From the NCBI GenBank assembly GCA_041288045.1, contig JBGGMM010000230.1, positions 1 through 12,531 of the forward strand: 12,531 nucleotides of DNA. The letters run 5' to 3'. This document shows positions 1 through 7,248 of this stretch, piece by piece. The translations under genes and the position numbers were made by a program. The notes beneath the pieces were generated by a model. That model saw nothing but the letters and a program-made list of their open reading frames with translations. It was not told where the DNA came from and ran no database searches. The stretch is from Pseudobdellovibrionaceae bacterium (GTDB lineage Bacteria; Bdellovibrionota; Bdellovibrionia; Bdellovibrionales; Bdellovibrionaceae). Each line of letters starts with the position of its first letter. Position 1 is the first letter of the stretch.

Positions 1-8
1 GCTCAAAA

Positions 9-58
9 TTGAGTCTTAAAAACCCATGTTATCTTGCTTTCAAAATGAGAGAGCGAGG
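9..58 (+). promoter_or_regulatory. Putative extended -10 promoter and RBS of the HNH gene
   Basis: TTGAGT (9-14), TG-t-TATCTT (27-35), and GAGG (55-58) 6 nt before ATG 65. The -35/-10 spacing is only 15 nt, so the extended -10 is the main support. Confidence 0.4.
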
Positions 59-64
59 TTTCAA

Positions 65-952
65 ATGAATTTGAATTCTATCAACGATCCGACACTGATC
101 GAAAGAACCGAAAAATTAGTTCGGCAGGAGCGGGAGCTGCTCACGACTGTTTTGCATCACTTGCGGGAAATCGATCGGCGGCGCTTGTATTCGGCACTTG
201 GCTACAAATCGCTTTTAGACTTTGCAGTTCGCCGGCTGGGTTATCCAGAAGATCAAGCCTATCGACGGATTTCGGCTATGAAATTGCTCAAAGAAATTCC
301 GCAAATCGAAGAGAAAATCAACGCCGGTGAGATTTCGCTGACGCACATTGGATTGGCGCAATCTCTGTTTCGCCAAGAAAAGAAAATCAATCAAAAAGAA
401 ATGTCACAGACTCAGAAACTGTCTGTTCTGAACCAAATCGCCAACAAGCCAGTCCGAGAAGCAGAACGAATCACGCTTTCTTTGAGCACTGCGCCCGAGT
501 TGGTCAAGCCTGATCGAGTGAACCCTCTTTCTGCCGATCGAATCGAAGTAAAATTCACAGCAAGAGTCGGGGTTCAGGAAAAAATGGAACGACTGAAAGG
601 CTGGCTTGCCCACCAGCATCCCACTCTTTCTCTCGGGGAGCTTTTTGAAATGCTCTGTGATTTGGGATTGAAAGAATGGAATCCAACGAAAACCGCGGCG
701 CCGAGAAAACGTCGCGTCAGTCAATCCAAGTCTCAAGCGCAAATCAAGCGAGAGGTTTTTCTAAGAGCCAACAATCGATGTGAGAATTGCCAGTCGACTT
801 ATGCTCTTGAGGTGGATCATATCCAGCCGAAAGCTCTGGGTGGATCGGATGAAGCTAGTAATTTGCGGCTGCTTTGTCGAGCTTGCAATCAGCGAGCTGC
901 TATTGATGCTTTTGGATTGGTGAAAATGGATGGGTATTTGCAGTCACTTTGA
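65..952 (+). CDS. HNH endonuclease (McrA-like Zn-binding HNH) with a helical, DUF222-like N-terminal region, 295 aa
   Basis: The C-terminus RCENC-x6-EVDHIQPKALGGSDEASNLRLLCRACN has CxxC, DH, GG, N and CxxCN, the canonical HNH signature. Start moved from 26 to ATG 65 because a GAGG RBS precedes it. The DUF222-like label is from recall, not a search. Confidence 0.88.
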   Translation: MNLNSINDPTLIERTEKLVRQERELLTTVLHHLREIDRRRLYSALGYKSLLDFAVRRLGYPEDQAYRRISAMKLLKEIPQIEEKINAGEISLTHIGLAQSLFRQEKKINQKEMSQTQKLSVLNQIANKPVREAERITLSLSTAPELVKPDRVNPLSADRIEVKFTARVGVQEKMERLKGWLAHQHPTLSLGELFEMLCDLGLKEWNPTKTAAPRKRRVSQSKSQAQIKREVFLRANNRCENCQSTYALEVDHIQPKALGGSDEASNLRLLCRACNQRAAIDAFGLVKMDGYLQSL

Positions 953-996
953 TCCTTTCAAGCGTCAGCTCAAAGAAATCCATCCAAAAATCAGTT

Positions 997-1104
997 AGGA
1001 ATTCTGAAAATCTGATTCGGCTGCCGAACCGAATACAGGATTCTGTACTGTATTCTGGATACCGTTAACCGTATCCGGGATTCTGGGGTTTCGGCCTTCG
1101 GCTA
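997..1104. repeat. Degenerate 40-bp tandem repeat (about 2.6 copies) with internal palindromes
   Basis: GGA(A)TTCTG starts at 998, 1038 and 1078. Units 997-1036 and 1037-1076 align along their length with small indels. Inverted repeats at 1016-1028, 1031-1055 and 1053-1080. Confidence 0.6.
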
Positions 1105-1118
1105 TTGAAGATAAGGGT

Positions 1119-1195
<77 letters not shown>

Positions 1196-1229
1196 GCGTT
1201 ATCGATCTGAAGGAACAGAAAGAGATCTG

Positions 1230-1258
1230 GTTGTAGGGGAAGAGGGAACCCGTGTCAA
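1230..1258 (-). promoter_or_regulatory. Sigma70 promoter of tRNA-Met
   Basis: Minus strand TTGACA (1258-1253), 17 nt, TACAAC (1235-1230), ending 34 nt upstream of the mature tRNA 5' end. Confidence 0.75.
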
Positions 1259-1335
1259 TAACTCTTGCTTTGAGTTGACTTCCCCTGTGCCTAAAAGTTG
1301 CAATCTCTCTGTGCACAAACCTGAGGGGGGACACA

Positions 1336-2802
1336 ATGAAACTACCAAAGCTTTTTCGGGCCGCGCTTTTTTTGCCGCTCGTGCTAACAGCCTGTTCAAA
1401 AACTGAGCTTCAAAATCGCTCTTTTGAAAATGGCGATGTCGGAATTGAGGGAGATGCTGCCAATTCAAGACAAGCTTTGAAAGTGACCGATACCCTTGGG
1501 CAACCATTGGCTCAAGCTCGGGTGCTGATCGGAACTGCAGAAAATCAGCCCTTTGCTTCGAATTTCATCACAACCGATGATCAGGGACAGTTCAAAGCTC
1601 CGGCGGCTTGGACCAAAGAGGAATCTGTCACGATTGAGGCCAAAGGTTATGTGCGAGCCACATTTTTATCTCAGCTGCCAAAAGGTCAATCCTACCAATT
1701 GAGACTTTCGCCTCCAGCTGTGCAAATGGAGCTCAAAGGAATGGGGACTGGTTTCAAAACCAAAGACAATGACAATCTCGCTGATTTCGCTTTGATGATG
1801 CCGGCAGTTCGAAAATCAGATCTTTTTGCTTTTGATCTGAACATGTTCATGAGTTCCAAAACCGACAAAATCAGCATTTATGGCCAAGAGATTCTCATTC
1901 CGTCCAATGTGTCTCTGCCGAAGCAAAAAGAGAAATACGGACTTTTCCCGGTCACTTTGGAAAAACCAATTTTTCGACTGTACTTTGATGTTTTGGGGCA
2001 GCACAAAGTGGCCACTTTGAAAGGACAGTTTCCCTTCAAACAAGTGGTTGGCGAAATGCAGAACGCCAAGCCTTTTGTGGATTTGATCAATTATTTCAGT
2101 GTGCAAAGTGGAAGCTTGAGGGATGTCAGCATCACTCAGCCGAGCCAGTCTTTGGATTTACCTGTGGATGAAATTAAATTCGATGAAGCTCGCACTTTTC
2201 AATCGCCTGCTTTCAACTCTCAAGAGGATTTTCTTTTGGCCGTTGCCTTGAATCCAGTGAATGGCAAATACATGCCAACGGATTTCAAAAATGTGTTGGC
2301 GCAAACGGAAGCGAAGCTCAATACCATTTCCGGAAGTCCTGCCGAACTTTTGGTGGTTCTGAAAAAGAAATCTGAGCAAATGATTTTTGCTGGCGGCAAG
2401 CTGAGTGCCGCTTTTGTCGCTTTTCAAAACGGAGCTCGTCCCTCGCTTTTGCCTCTGATCGAAAATCCACATGTGGTCAGTGTTTCTGAATTTCGAGTGC
2501 AAGTGCCAGCAGCTCCTGCAGGCATTCAGCCGGTCGCCACTTATTCTGTGCTTTCATCTGTGCAGAGATTTGGGACTGCCCCCCAAGTGACAGAAATTTC
2601 CACTCCCTATTGGGATGTCTATGGTCCCAATTGGCAATCAGAAGTGAAGCTTCCCGAATGGCCAGGTGGAACTTTTCCTGGGGGCCTGAAGCGTTGGGAA
2701 GTGTCTTTGGTCGGGACCCAGGGACGGCAAAAACCCTTTGCCTTCAGTCCTCGAATCCTTGAAACTGTGACTCATGCGACTCACAGTGCGAGCGATTTTT
2801 AG
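1336..2802 (+). CDS. Large beta-rich lipoprotein of unknown function with an N-terminal carboxypeptidase-regulatory-like (prealbumin-fold) domain, 488 aa
   Basis: Signal peptide with lipobox LTA-C20. The pattern VTDTLGQPLAQARVLI...TTDDQGQF...VTIEAKGYVRAT is typical of CarboxypepD_reg-like domains. G-rich RBS (GAGGGGGG) 5 nt upstream. Confidence 0.8.
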   Translation: MKLPKLFRAALFLPLVLTACSKTELQNRSFENGDVGIEGDAANSRQALKVTDTLGQPLAQARVLIGTAENQPFASNFITTDDQGQFKAPAAWTKEESVTIEAKGYVRATFLSQLPKGQSYQLRLSPPAVQMELKGMGTGFKTKDNDNLADFALMMPAVRKSDLFAFDLNMFMSSKTDKISIYGQEILIPSNVSLPKQKEKYGLFPVTLEKPIFRLYFDVLGQHKVATLKGQFPFKQVVGEMQNAKPFVDLINYFSVQSGSLRDVSITQPSQSLDLPVDEIKFDEARTFQSPAFNSQEDFLLAVALNPVNGKYMPTDFKNVLAQTEAKLNTISGSPAELLVVLKKKSEQMIFAGGKLSAAFVAFQNGARPSLLPLIENPHVVSVSEFRVQVPAAPAGIQPVATYSVLSSVQRFGTAPQVTEISTPYWDVYGPNWQSEVKLPEWPGGTFPGGLKRWEVSLVGTQGRQKPFAFSPRILETVTHATHSASDF

Positions 2803-3292
2803 TCTGCTCTGCGGATTGTGGCTGGTGGCTTGCGCGTCTCAGGCCCCCAGTCAAAATACGAAAAATTTGAAGCTGACTCAGCAGAAAGTTTTTTACTTTC
2901 CCTATGACAGTGTCTGGCGGGCGGCTCAGTTGGCTTTGAAATATCCAATTGCTGTGAACAATATGGACCACGGCGTGCTTGAAACGGATTTCATTCGCGG
3001 CGATGATGGATTTATTTCTCCGACAGTTGAAAAAGTTCCGTCTTCGGGAATTCGCTACAAGATCACTCTGACTTTGGTCAAAGGCAAAATCGATGGTCGG
3101 GACGGGGTGCGAGTGACGATCCAAAAGCAGCTCGAGAAAAAACGGGATTTCTTTTCCGAAGTGGAAGCGCTGAATTCAGATGGTCTCGAGGAAAAAGTCC
3201 TTTTTTACAGAATTGAAAGAGAACTCATCATTGATGAAGGGTTGAAAAAAGCGGCAAAAAGTTCAAGCAGCTCTGAATCGCAAGGAAAGTAA
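2774..3292 (+). CDS. Lipoprotein with a probable BamC/NlpB-like helix-grip domain, 172 aa
   Basis: Lipobox LVA-C20. YDSVWRAAQLAL-KYPIAVNNMDHGVLETDF...RYKITLTL resembles the BamC/DUF3568-type alpha/beta module. Overlaps the upstream gene by 29 nt. Confidence 0.75.
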   Translation: MRLTVRAIFSLLCGLWLVACASQAPSQNTKNLKLTQQKVFYFPYDSVWRAAQLALKYPIAVNNMDHGVLETDFIRGDDGFISPTVEKVPSSGIRYKITLTLVKGKIDGRDGVRVTIQKQLEKKRDFFSEVEALNSDGLEEKVLFYRIERELIIDEGLKKAAKSSSSSESQGK

Positions 3293-3298
3293 ATTGGC

Positions 3299-4384
3299 AT
3301 GGAAGCCAAACAGAAATTGCTCGATTGGTACCAGAGAAATGAAGTCAAATTGCAAGTTTTCGTCTTTGTGGCGGGATTTATTTTTGACTATTTCACAGCA
3401 GATGAAACCGATCTCTTCACCACCATTCAACAGGTTGTCTACCTCGTTGCCATTGCCTTTATTCTCAGTTTTGAGCATCTGGTTGAAAGTCAGGTGATTC
3501 AGTTGAAAAATCCTGATTCCAAGTGGTGGCAGTACCGGGGTCTGGGTCTGCATTTCATTCTTGGGAGCCTTCTCAGTCTTTATTCTTTTTTCTTTCTCAA
3601 AAGTGCTTCGATTTTCAACTCTATGATTTTTGTCGTTCTCTTGATGGCGCTTTTGGTGGCGAATGAATTGCCAAGTGTGCAAAAGTCCGGATTGAACATC
3701 CGCTGGGCCCTTTGGGTGCTTTGTCTGTTTTCGTTTTTCACTGTGCTCTTTCCTTTGTTATTCGGTTTTGTCGGTTGGGTTCCCTTTCTGTTGGCCGCTC
3801 TGGCGACGACTCTCGGCCTGTATTTGCATTTTCGCTGGATGATGAAAAGGCAAAAAAATTTCGCCGATTTGAAAAGAGCCTTCCTGATCCCAGGCGGGAC
3901 AGTGGTTGGAGTTTTTGTTGTCCTTTATTTTTTGCATTTGATCCCGCCAGTTCCACTGGCCGCGAAAAATATGGGCGTTTATCATCAGCTGGAAAAAGTG
4001 GATGGCAAATTTATTTTGTCGCATGAAAAACCCTGGTGGAAATTCTGGCAAACAGGCGATCAGGATTTCAAGGCCCGTCCTGGGGATTCGATTTTTTTCT
4101 ATGCGCAAATTTCATCACCAGCTAAATTCGCCGACCAGGTGGTCATTCACTGGCTCTATAAAGATCCCCGCCAAGGTTGGATGAGTTCAGATAAAGTCCG
4201 AATGGGCATCTCAGGTGGTCGTAAAGAAGGATTTCGAGGCTACTCGGTCAAGAAAAATTACCAAAGCGGAGACTGGCGAGTGCAAGTCGAGACCACCGAT
4301 GGTCGTGAAATTGGTCGCTTGTATTTTGAACTGATCCCTGACACAAGCATTGAAGAACGACATTGGATCCGCAGCGAATTTTGA
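3299..4384 (+). CDS. DUF2914-family integral membrane protein, 361 aa
   Basis: About 7-8 hydrophobic helices, then a beta-sandwich with FYAQISSP...VIHW...ISGGRKEGFRGYSVK...GDWRVQVETTDGREIGRLYF, the DUF2914 signature. Starts 6 nt after the previous stop. Confidence 0.85.
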   Translation: MEAKQKLLDWYQRNEVKLQVFVFVAGFIFDYFTADETDLFTTIQQVVYLVAIAFILSFEHLVESQVIQLKNPDSKWWQYRGLGLHFILGSLLSLYSFFFLKSASIFNSMIFVVLLMALLVANELPSVQKSGLNIRWALWVLCLFSFFTVLFPLLFGFVGWVPFLLAALATTLGLYLHFRWMMKRQKNFADLKRAFLIPGGTVVGVFVVLYFLHLIPPVPLAAKNMGVYHQLEKVDGKFILSHEKPWWKFWQTGDQDFKARPGDSIFFYAQISSPAKFADQVVIHWLYKDPRQGWMSSDKVRMGISGGRKEGFRGYSVKKNYQSGDWRVQVETTDGREIGRLYFELIPDTSIEERHWIRSEF

Positions 4385-4484
4385 CAAATTCAAGACGAAA
4401 TTTTTCTGCCTTTCATCATGAAAGAGGAACTTTTCGTTCTTTCTGTCAAAGTCTCCTGTAAAAAGATTGCTCCCTTACAAGGAG
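4380..4484 (+). promoter_or_regulatory. Structured intergenic region: long imperfect inverted repeat followed by a hairpin covering the RBS
   Basis: Nested pairs TTTGACA/TGTCAAA (4380-4386/4444-4450), ACGAAA/TTTCGT and CTTTCAT/ATGAAAG. Then CTCC-TGTAA (4453-4461) pairs with TTACA-A-GGAG (4475-4484), which includes the AAGGAG RBS. Confidence 0.45.
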
Positions 4485-4494
4485 TTCATCTCGC

Positions 4495-5151
4495 GTGATT
4501 TTTTCTGAAAATGAAGATCTCGGCAAACTCAGCCACTCGCTCATTCACCTCGGATTTCTGATGGCTCAAGGGAATCCTCAAGACCCAAAAGCCCAAAAAT
4601 TGATTTCAAAACTGGCCCGAGTTCTTCAGAAAATTGATCTGGAAGGACGGCTGATGGACAATTTGCGCTTTTTTCAGGGAACAGGTCTCAATGAAGCACA
4701 AAAACTTCGAGTTTATGAAGTGCTGATCAAAACTCTTTCACAAATTCAAAAAGGCCGAGGGTATCGGCAAAATTTAAATGACGCCGGTGAATGTCCTCAA
4801 GAAGTCTTTCAGTCCTGGAGACAGAAAGTCGAATTGCAAAGAGGAGCTTGGACTGGGTTTGCACTGCTCGTCGGGGCCATCATCGCTTCGACAGAGACCT
4901 GTGAAAAATGGTTGCAACAGTACGGCCTTCGCATTGGCGTTTATCTGGAGCTGCAAGAAGAAGTGAAAAAAATCAACAGAGGTTGCACTTTGAGAAGGCC
5001 CTGGGTGCAAAGCCCAGAGCAGATTTCACTGGAGCTCAGCTCGATCCTCAATCACTTGAAAAAAGATCTGAGCGAAGCTTCCTTGGCCTATCAGTTTTTA
5101 AATAATTTTGGTCTGAAATGGAGCCACTCTCTAGAAGAGCAGCCCCATTGA
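4495..5151 (+). CDS. Hypothetical all-helical protein resembling a degenerate polyprenyl synthetase (isoprenoid synthase fold), 218 aa
   Basis: GTG start with AAGGAG 10 nt upstream. KGRGYRQ, ELQRGAWTGFALLVGAIIA and LQQYGLRIGVYLELQEEV line up with the GQxxD, KTGAL and FGxxLGxAFQIxDD segments of prenyltransferases. The CDS is likely real; the family call is tentative. Confidence 0.6.
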   Translation: MIFSENEDLGKLSHSLIHLGFLMAQGNPQDPKAQKLISKLARVLQKIDLEGRLMDNLRFFQGTGLNEAQKLRVYEVLIKTLSQIQKGRGYRQNLNDAGECPQEVFQSWRQKVELQRGAWTGFALLVGAIIASTETCEKWLQQYGLRIGVYLELQEEVKKINRGCTLRRPWVQSPEQISLELSSILNHLKKDLSEASLAYQFLNNFGLKWSHSLEEQPH

Positions 5152-5176
5152 GAGATCACTCGGCTGTGATTTCTCA
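5149..5176. terminator. Hairpin between convergent genes, possible terminator
   Basis: TGAGAGATCAC-tcggct-GTGATTTCTCA forms an 11-bp stem with one G-U on the plus strand and fills the gap between the two stop codons. There is no clear U-tract. Confidence 0.45.
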
Positions 5177-5179
5177 GTC

Positions 5180-6403
5180 TTAGAGCAGGGCTTTTTTCAA
5201 ATTCTGATCGAGAGCTTCCAAGAAAGGCTCCGTGTTCATGTATTTATCGGCAGGAACTTTGTCGCCGTAAATGCAAACTGCCAAATCCTTTGTCATTTTT
5301 CCGCTTTCAACAGTTTCAACACACACGCGCTCCAGCGTCTGAGCGAAGCGAATGAGTTCTGGATTGCCGTCCAATTTTCCTCGGTGCTCAAGGCCTCGAG
5401 TCCAAGCAAAAATTGAAGCGATCGGATTGGTGGACGTGGGTTTTCCCTGTTGATGCTGTCGGTAATGGCGAGTGACGGTTCCGTGAGCCGCTTCTGCCTC
5501 CATCGTTTTGCCATCGGGAGTGATCAACACAGAAGTCATCAGTCCCAAAGATCCAAACCCTTGAGCGACCGTATCTGATTGAACGTCACCATCGTAGTTT
5601 TTGCAGGCCCAAACAAAATTTCCATTCCATTTCAAAGCCGAGGCGACCATGTCATCGATCAAGCGATGTTCATAGGTGATTCCAGCAGCTTCAAATTTTG
5701 GTTTGAATTCCTTTTCATAGAGCTCTTGGAAAATATCTTTGAAACGACCATCGTATTTTTTCAAAATCGTATTTTTGCTTGAAAAGTACAAAGGCCATTT
5801 TTTGGTCAAAGCGATATTGAAACAGCTTTTGGCAAATCCGCGGATGGATTCGTCCGTGTTGTACATGGCAAGCGCCACGCCATCACCTTTGAATTGATAG
5901 ACTTCGTGAGAAATTTTCTCGCCATTTTCGCCTTCAAAAGTGATTGTCAGTTTGCCTTTGCCTTTGGTGACAAAATCAGTGGCTCGGTACTGGTCGCCGA
6001 AAGCATGACGGCCAATGCAGATCGGAGCTGTCCAGTTGGGAACAAGCCGTGGAACATTCTTGCAAATGATCGGCTCACGAAAGACGGTTCCATCTAAAAT
6101 GTTTCGGATCGTGCCATTTGGTGATTTCCACATCTGTTTCAGATTGAATTCTTTCACTCGGGCTTCGTCCGGTGTGATTGTGGCGCATTTCACGCCCACA
6201 TTGTATTTTTTAATGGCTTCGGCAGCTTCGACTGTCACGCGGTCTTCAGTCTTGTCGCGATTTTCCATCCCCAAGTCGTAATATTTCAAATCAATTTCCA
6301 AGTAAGGGAGAATCAATTTTTCACGGATGAAATGCCAAATAATGCGAGTCATTTCATCGCCATCAAGTTCGACAACGGGATTGGCCACTTTAATCTTTTT
6401 CAT
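5180..6403 (-). CDS. icd: NADP-dependent isocitrate dehydrogenase (homodimeric, eukaryote-like subfamily II), 407 aa
   Basis: Motifs [79 protein letters not shown] and [21 protein letters not shown] upstream. Confidence 0.99.
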   Translation of the reverse strand: MKKIKVANPVVELDGDEMTRIIWHFIREKLILPYLEIDLKYYDLGMENRDKTEDRVTVEAAEAIKKYNVGVKCATITPDEARVKEFNLKQMWKSPNGTIRNILDGTVFREPIICKNVPRLVPNWTAPICIGRHAFGDQYRATDFVTKGKGKLTITFEGENGEKISHEVYQFKGDGVALAMYNTDESIRGFAKSCFNIALTKKWPLYFSSKNTILKKYDGRFKDIFQELYEKEFKPKFEAAGITYEHRLIDDMVASALKWNGNFVWACKNYDGDVQSDTVAQGFGSLGLMTSVLITPDGKTMEAEAAHGTVTRHYRQHQQGKPTSTNPIASIFAWTRGLEHRGKLDGNPELIRFAQTLERVCVETVESGKMTKDLAVCIYGDKVPADKYMNTEPFLEALDQNLKKALL

Positions 6404-6504
6404 AGCTCTCCTTCGGAGTTTCAGAATAAGCCGGAACCCTTTATTTAAGCGAAAGAGCAGTTTTTTGTCGATTTCAATCCGAGCCTCAGCCTAGTGCGCA
6501 ATCA

Positions 6505-6535
6505 GTCTCATTTTCACTCTGTCTCAAAGTGAGAG
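6505..6535. promoter_or_regulatory. Palindromic TCTCA-N3-TGAGA site with a degenerate upstream copy
   Basis: TCTCA-AAG-TGAGA at 6522-6534, and GTCTCA-TTT-TCACT at 6505-6518, 16 nt earlier. Both lie in the divergent intergenic region upstream of icd. Confidence 0.45.
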
Positions 6536-6559
6536 CGGCCTTTGAACCCCCCAACACTC

Positions 6560-6581
6560 TGCTATAATCGATAGAGCGAGG
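6560..6581 (+). promoter_or_regulatory. Extended -10 promoter and RBS
   Basis: Perfect TG-c-TATAAT (6560-6568), and GAGG (6578-6581) just before ATG 6586. Confidence 0.65.
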
Positions 6582-6585
6582 TTTT

Positions 6586-7203
6586 ATGGCAATTCCCCTG
6601 AAGAAGGAACGGCTTGCAGAAAAGCTTTTAAGCTCTGCGGCTCGGCGAAAGCTGGGACTGCTGGCTTTCTGTTTCCTTCTTGCAACACCTTTTCTGTGGA
6701 TCGAATGGGAAAGTGAAGGGGATTCCGAATCTCCTTTGAGCGAAATTTTTATGACCCGAGACCTGGATTCGAAGGATGATCTCCCTCAACCTGTGGCAGA
6801 ACGCACAACGATCTCTGAGTCCTCGCGGGTGGCCATCGAATCTCTCTTCAACGACATCAAAACTCATCCCGAAAATCAGGAAAAAAGCCTCAAAGAATTG
6901 CGCCGGCTTTTACAAGAGGTCTTTGCCGGTCAAGAGGACTGTTGGTCCTGTGAAGGCACTGCCTTTTTTGATCGTTTCGATCAAATCGCTGGGCAAGGTC
7001 AAGCTCGCAAACCCATTGGCCTTCGAGAGTGGATTGAGCAAGGCGATGAAGCTTTTGACAAGGAAGATCCCGAGTTGGCGCGGAAGTACTACTCCAAGGC
7101 GCTTCAGGTCATGGATGAAAGAGTTTTTCAACCAGATGAGAGCATCGATGAAAAATCTTTGGAAAGACTGCAAAAGCGCTGTGTGGAATTGGATTGCCGC
7201 TGA
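6586..7203 (+). CDS. Membrane-anchored hypothetical protein with a TPR-like helical hairpin, 205 aa
   Basis: Basic N-terminus, one transmembrane helix (LGLLAFCFLLATPFLWI), and an acidic soluble part. WIEQGDEAFDKEDPELARKYYSKALQV fits a TPR pattern. Promoter and RBS are present. Confidence 0.75.
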   Translation: MAIPLKKERLAEKLLSSAARRKLGLLAFCFLLATPFLWIEWESEGDSESPLSEIFMTRDLDSKDDLPQPVAERTTISESSRVAIESLFNDIKTHPENQEKSLKELRRLLQEVFAGQEDCWSCEGTAFFDRFDQIAGQGQARKPIGLREWIEQGDEAFDKEDPELARKYYSKALQVMDERVFQPDESIDEKSLERLQKRCVELDCR

Positions 7204-7248
7204 TCATCAGAGCTTGCTCTTGGCGCTTAATCTTTTTCCAATAGGGAC

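Noticed and set aside
26..64. N-terminal extension of the HNH ORF from ATG 26
   Set aside because: It overlaps the putative promoter, and the RBS supports ATG 65.
65..952. IscB, Cas9 or group II intron protein
   Set aside because: No PLMP, RuvC or reverse-transcriptase motifs; the only nuclease motif is the C-terminal HNH.
997..1104. CRISPR or TIGR-type array
   Set aside because: Fewer than three units, degenerate along their whole length with no repeat/unique-spacer alternation. The adjacent protein shows no Cas, RuvC or recognisable Nop-domain features.
5180..5400. Prophage integration at the icd 3' end, as with e14
   Set aside because: No duplicated icd 3' segment or integrase is present.
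6940..6954. CWSC as a c-type heme-binding site
   Set aside because: It is followed by Glu, not His, so it is not CxxCH.
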